Source: an uncultured bacterium (GTDB lineage Bacteria > Actinomycetota > Actinomycetes > Mycobacteriales > CAJCIY01). Taken from it: a DNA stretch of 64,000 nucleotides. A program made the position numbers and the translations under genes. Under the pieces are notes generated by a model. That model searched no databases, had not been told where the DNA came from, and saw nothing but the letters and a program-made list of their open reading frames with translations. The stretch is from contig CAXTNT010000002.1 of the NCBI GenBank assembly GCA_964245825.1, positions 223,728 through 287,727 on the forward strand. Direction: 5' to 3'. Each line of letters starts with the position of its first letter. Position 1 is the first letter of the stretch. Of this stretch, positions 61,444 to 64,000 are shown piece after piece.

Positions 61444-61956
61444 ATGGGCGTACGCCGGCTGAACCACGCGGTGCTGTACGTGCGCGACGTCGCCCGCAGC
61501 GTCGCCTTCTACCGTGACGTGCTGGGCTTCCGGGCGGTGGTCGAGCTGCCCGGCGCCGCGTTCCTGCAGGCGGCGGACTCCACCAACGACCACGACCTCG
61601 GGCTGTTCGAGATCGGGGCCGCCGCCGAGTCCTCGGGTGCCGGCCGCGGCCGCGTCGGCCTCTACCACCTCGCCTGGGAGGTCGACACCCTGCAGGCGCT
61701 CGCGGAGACCGCCGAACGGCTCGAGGCGGCGGGTGCGTTGGTCGGCGCCAGCGACCACGCGGCGACCAAGTCGCTGTACGCCCACGACCCCGACGGCCTC
61801 GAGTTCGAGGTGTGCTGGGTGCTCCCCGCCGAGCACGTCACCGACGCCGTCCGCGCGGCCGCGGTCGGCCGGCCGCTGCCGCTCGACCTCCGCCGGGAGA
61901 TCGCCACGTTCGGCGCACTGACGCCGGGCGGCATCGGCGTGTCCGTCCCGGCCTGA
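61444..61956 (+). CDS. VOC-family protein (glyoxalase/bleomycin-resistance/dioxygenase fold)
   Basis: RBS gaggag precedes the ATG. It shows a tandem beta-alpha-beta-beta-beta module pattern (RLNHAVLYVRDVARSVAFYRDVLGF ... GLYHLAWEVD). Confidence 0.7.
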   Translation: MGVRRLNHAVLYVRDVARSVAFYRDVLGFRAVVELPGAAFLQAADSTNDHDLGLFEIGAAAESSGAGRGRVGLYHLAWEVDTLQALAETAERLEAAGALVGASDHAATKSLYAHDPDGLEFEVCWVLPAEHVTDAVRAAAVGRPLPLDLRREIATFGALTPGGIGVSVPA

Positions 61957-62022
61957 CCTGCGCCCGCCACGACGGTTACCGTCGTCCCGGCCTGACCTGC
62001 GCCCGCCACGACGGTTACCGTC
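61944..62022. repeat. Perfect 39-bp tandem duplication (gtcccggcctgacctgcgcccgccacgacggttaccgtc x2) spanning the VOC stop and the start of the next gene
   Basis: Read directly; copy 1 is at 61944-61982 and copy 2 at 61983-62021. Confidence 0.9.
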
Positions 62023-62027
62023 GTCCC

Positions 62028-62417
62028 ATGCTCCGGCTCGCGCGCAGCCCCCGCTGGGTCGGCGCCCTCGCGGTGGCGGTGCTCGCGTCCGTCGTCTGCG
62101 CGCTGCTCGGCCGGTGGCAGTGGGACCGCAGCCAGTCCGCCGGCGGCGACCTGCAGAACCTCGCGTACGCCTTCAACTGGTGGCTGTTCTCCGCGCTCTG
62201 CCTCGGGGTCTGGGGCAAGGCGCTGCGCGAGGAGACCAGCAGGCTTGCCGACCCGGACGCGGAGCCGGTCGGGGTCGCGGGGGTCGCGGGTCGGCAGCGT
62301 CCGCCCGCCGTGGTCACGGCCGCCGCGATGGGCCACGAGGTCGACCCCGAGGTCGCGGAGTGGAACGACTGGCTGGCGGAGCTCGCCAGTCGGCCCGCCC
62401 GCCGGGCGCATCCGTGA
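62028..62417 (+). CDS. SURF1-like mini-protein (TM1 with a GRWQWDR motif and a C-terminal TM with YAFNWW, lacking the central domain)
   Basis: A 129-aa ORF whose two ends resemble the N- and C-terminal TM regions of SURF1-family proteins (LGxWQxxR ... YAxQWFxFA); the ~150-aa periplasmic middle is absent. Confidence 0.4.
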   Translation: MLRLARSPRWVGALAVAVLASVVCALLGRWQWDRSQSAGGDLQNLAYAFNWWLFSALCLGVWGKALREETSRLADPDAEPVGVAGVAGRQRPPAVVTAAAMGHEVDPEVAEWNDWLAELASRPARRAHP

Positions 62418-62471
62418 CGGTCGCGCCGATCGGCCGGCCCGCCCGCAGGGCCCACCCGTGACGGTCGCGCC
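62397..62471. repeat. ~31-bp imperfect duplication (gcccgccgggcgcatccgtgacggtcgcgcc / gcccgcagggcccacccgtgacggtcgcgcc) bracketing a stop/start junction
   Basis: Copy 1 contains the TGA of the SURF1-like ORF. Copy 2 contains the GTG start (VTVAPERP...) of the DUF3817 gene. Confidence 0.8.
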
Positions 62472-62865
62472 CGAGCGCCCGGACTGGCCGCTGCGCGCGT
62501 ACCGCACGGTCGCGATCATCGTGGGCATCGGCCTGCCGATCCTGCTGGTGGGTGCGATCTACGGTCTGGCGACCGCGCACGGCGCCTCCGTGTCCAAGGC
62601 GGCCGGTCGGCCGACCGCGGTCGAGGTGGTCGGGCCCATCCACGGCTTCCTGTACATCGCGCTGCTGCTGCTGGCCCTGACGCTGTCCTTCCGCGAGCGC
62701 TGGCCGATCGGGTTCACGCTGCTGGTGTGCCTGGCCGGCACGGTGCCCTTCGCGTCGTTCGTCGCCGAACGCGCGGTCACCCGGCGGGTACGAGGGCGGC
62801 GGCGGGGTCGGACTCGGGCGCCGGGCGGGGCGGCCGGTGCCGCCACGCATCCACCGAGAGCGTGA
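62458..62865 (+). CDS. DUF3817-family small membrane protein
   Basis: Three TM helices with the conserved GPIHGFLYIALLL block. The Arg-rich C-terminal tail is probably over-extended. Confidence 0.55.
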   Translation: MTVAPERPDWPLRAYRTVAIIVGIGLPILLVGAIYGLATAHGASVSKAAGRPTAVEVVGPIHGFLYIALLLLALTLSFRERWPIGFTLLVCLAGTVPFASFVAERAVTRRVRGRRRGRTRAPGGAAGAATHPPRA

Positions 62866-63688
62866 CCAGCGCCGCCCACACCAGCACGAAGCCCGCGAGC
62901 TCCGAGCCCGGCAGCGGCTCGTGCCGGATGCCGACGGCGACCGCCAGCTGGAGGATCGGCGTGAGGTACTGCAGCAGCCCCAGCGTCGAGAGCGGCAGCC
63001 GACTCGCCGCGCCGGCGAAGGCCAGCAGCGGGATCGCGGTGACCACCCCCGCGGAGACCAGCAGCAGCGGGTGACCCACGCCGTGCCCGGCCACCGTGCC
63101 GTGGCCGGTGAGGTTGAGCACGAGCAGCACCACCGCGGCGGCCGGGGTCAGCACGCCCGCCTCGACGAACAGACCCTCGGTGGCGGGCACCCCGACCTGC
63201 TTCTTCGCCAGCCCGTACCCACCGAAGGAGAACGCGAGCACCAGAGCAAGCCACGGTGGGTGGCCGTACCCGACGGCGATCACTCCGACCGCCAGCAGGC
63301 CGAGGCCGAGCGCGGCCCACTGGGTCCGGCGCAGTCGCTCGCCCAGCACCAGCACCCCCAACGCCACGGTGACGAGGGGGTTGATGAAGTACCCGAGAGA
63401 GGCCTCGACGACGTGGGCGTGGTCGACGGCGTAGATGTACGTACCCCAGTTCACCGCGATCAGGACGCTGGCGACCGAGAGGCGCAGCAGGGCCGACCGG
63501 CCCAGGTGCAGCGCGCCGCCGAGCCGGCGGGTGGCCAGCAGCACCAGGCCGGTGAACAGCGCCGAGAAGGCGATCCGGCTCGCCAGCACCTCGGCCGTCC
63601 CGGCCGGGTCGAGCAGCGGGAAGTAGAGCGGGAACGTGCCCCAGAGCAGGTACGCGGCGAGCCCGTAGACCAGACCCTGCCGCTGCAC
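62777..63688 (-). CDS. rarD: EamA/RarD-family transporter
   Basis: 303 aa with 10 TM helices and the RarD N-terminus (GLVYGLAAYLLWGTFPLYFPLL). Confidence 0.8.
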   Translation of the reverse strand: MQRQGLVYGLAAYLLWGTFPLYFPLLDPAGTAEVLASRIAFSALFTGLVLLATRRLGGALHLGRSALLRLSVASVLIAVNWGTYIYAVDHAHVVEASLGYFINPLVTVALGVLVLGERLRRTQWAALGLGLLAVGVIAVGYGHPPWLALVLAFSFGGYGLAKKQVGVPATEGLFVEAGVLTPAAAVVLLVLNLTGHGTVAGHGVGHPLLLVSAGVVTAIPLLAFAGAASRLPLSTLGLLQYLTPILQLAVAVGIRHEPLPGSELAGFVLVWAALVTLSVDAWRHRPPRPAPESDPAAALVPAG

Positions 63689-63822
63689 GGACTGACGGTA
63701 ACCGGCTCCGAGCGGGGGGCGGCGAGCGCCCGGCTCCCCGGATCAGTCAGACTCCCGCGCCGCTCCAGCGACGCCACGTTCTGACTGATCGGACTGCGGA
63801 GGGCGGGGCGGCGCGTCAGCTC

Positions 63823-64000
63823 TCAGCCGGGCGGTGGCCGCCAGCGGTACGGCGTGGTGGTGTCGATCGCCTCCATCCCCAGCCGCTCCAGGATCGGGCG
63901 GCTGTCGGGCGTGCAGTCGACCTGCAGGAAGCGGTGTCCGGCCGCGCGGGCGAGCAGGGCGCGTCGTCGGACCAGCGCACGGTAGATGCCGCGGCCACGC
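63823..64000 (-). CDS. GNAT-family N-acetyltransferase, C-terminal fragment (the gene continues beyond the window edge)
   Basis: The minus-strand frame reads ...GRGIYRALVRRRALLARAAGHRFLQVDCTPDSRPILERLGMEAIDTTTPYRWRPPPG*, an acetyl-CoA-binding RGxGxxL-type motif followed by a GNAT C-terminus. The supplied ORF track shows a different, junk frame for this region. Confidence 0.5.
   Translation of the reverse strand, partial: RGRGIYRALVRRRALLARAAGHRFLQVDCTPDSRPILERLGMEAIDTTTPYRWRPPPG

Noticed and set aside
61944-62022. Possible CRISPR array (direct repeats at 1-107, 19447-19522 and 61944-62022)
   Set aside because: Each locus has only two adjacent repeat copies with no unique spacers between them, and there are no cas genes. 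They are simple tandem duplications.

Overview
This window is high-GC actinobacterial chromosomal DNA (Nocardioides/Streptomyces-like codon usage), densely coding on both strands. Many start/stop junctions overlap by 4 nt (ATGA/GTGA). The recognisable core comprises:
- a pirin, an NCS1 nucleobase permease and an alpha/beta hydrolase;
- a conserved lipid-modification cluster: FAD oxidoreductase, DUF1365, two tandem cyclopropane-fatty-acid-synthase-like methyltransferases, DUF1295 and a PlsC acyltransferase;
- a peroxiredoxin (Bcp) and an F420/deazaflavin-type nitroreductase-family protein;
- a tRNA-Lys(UUU) followed by a lower-GC islet and a frameshifted, truncated SRAP (YedK-like) pseudogene;
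- an M50-like membrane metalloprotease, an NfeD-like/flotillin pair and a VapBC toxin-antitoxin pair;
- the phenylacetate catabolic epoxidase genes paaG-ABCDE, ending in a strong hairpin;
- a protease-rich module: a secreted G1-like protein, a cytoplasmic S8 peptidase, a TPR-CHAT (caspase-like) protein, and an ECF sigma factor with a co-transcribed small protein;
- a non-canonical OPRTase-like/OMP-decarboxylase-like pair and a Cys-less DksA/TraR-like protein;
- a YdbS/YdbT bacterial-PH-domain pair and a stand-alone EAL phosphodiesterase;
- a histidine-utilisation operon (hutH ... hutU, M20 hydrolase, hutF, hutI) interrupted by a DUF222-HNH (REP13E12-like) selfish gene and a lipoprotein gene;
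- the leucine/isovalerate catabolic cluster (acyl-CoA dehydrogenase, HMG-CoA lyase, MCC alpha and beta);
- a 1138-aa secreted S8 subtilase and a two-component system with an ABC-2 exporter;
- lipid genes (saccharopine-dehydrogenase-like reductase, WS/DGAT, FadE) and zwf;
- a VOC protein, a SURF1-like mini-protein, DUF3817, RarD and a partial GNAT gene at the window edge.
No CRISPR array or rRNA is present. Most of the long ORFs in the supplied track are antisense or alternate-frame artefacts of the high GC content. The most unusual region, in my reading, is the S8/CHAT/ECF-sigma protease module together with the adjacent degenerate PRTase/decarboxylase pair. Several gene junctions also carry short tandem duplications that recreate start/stop overlaps.
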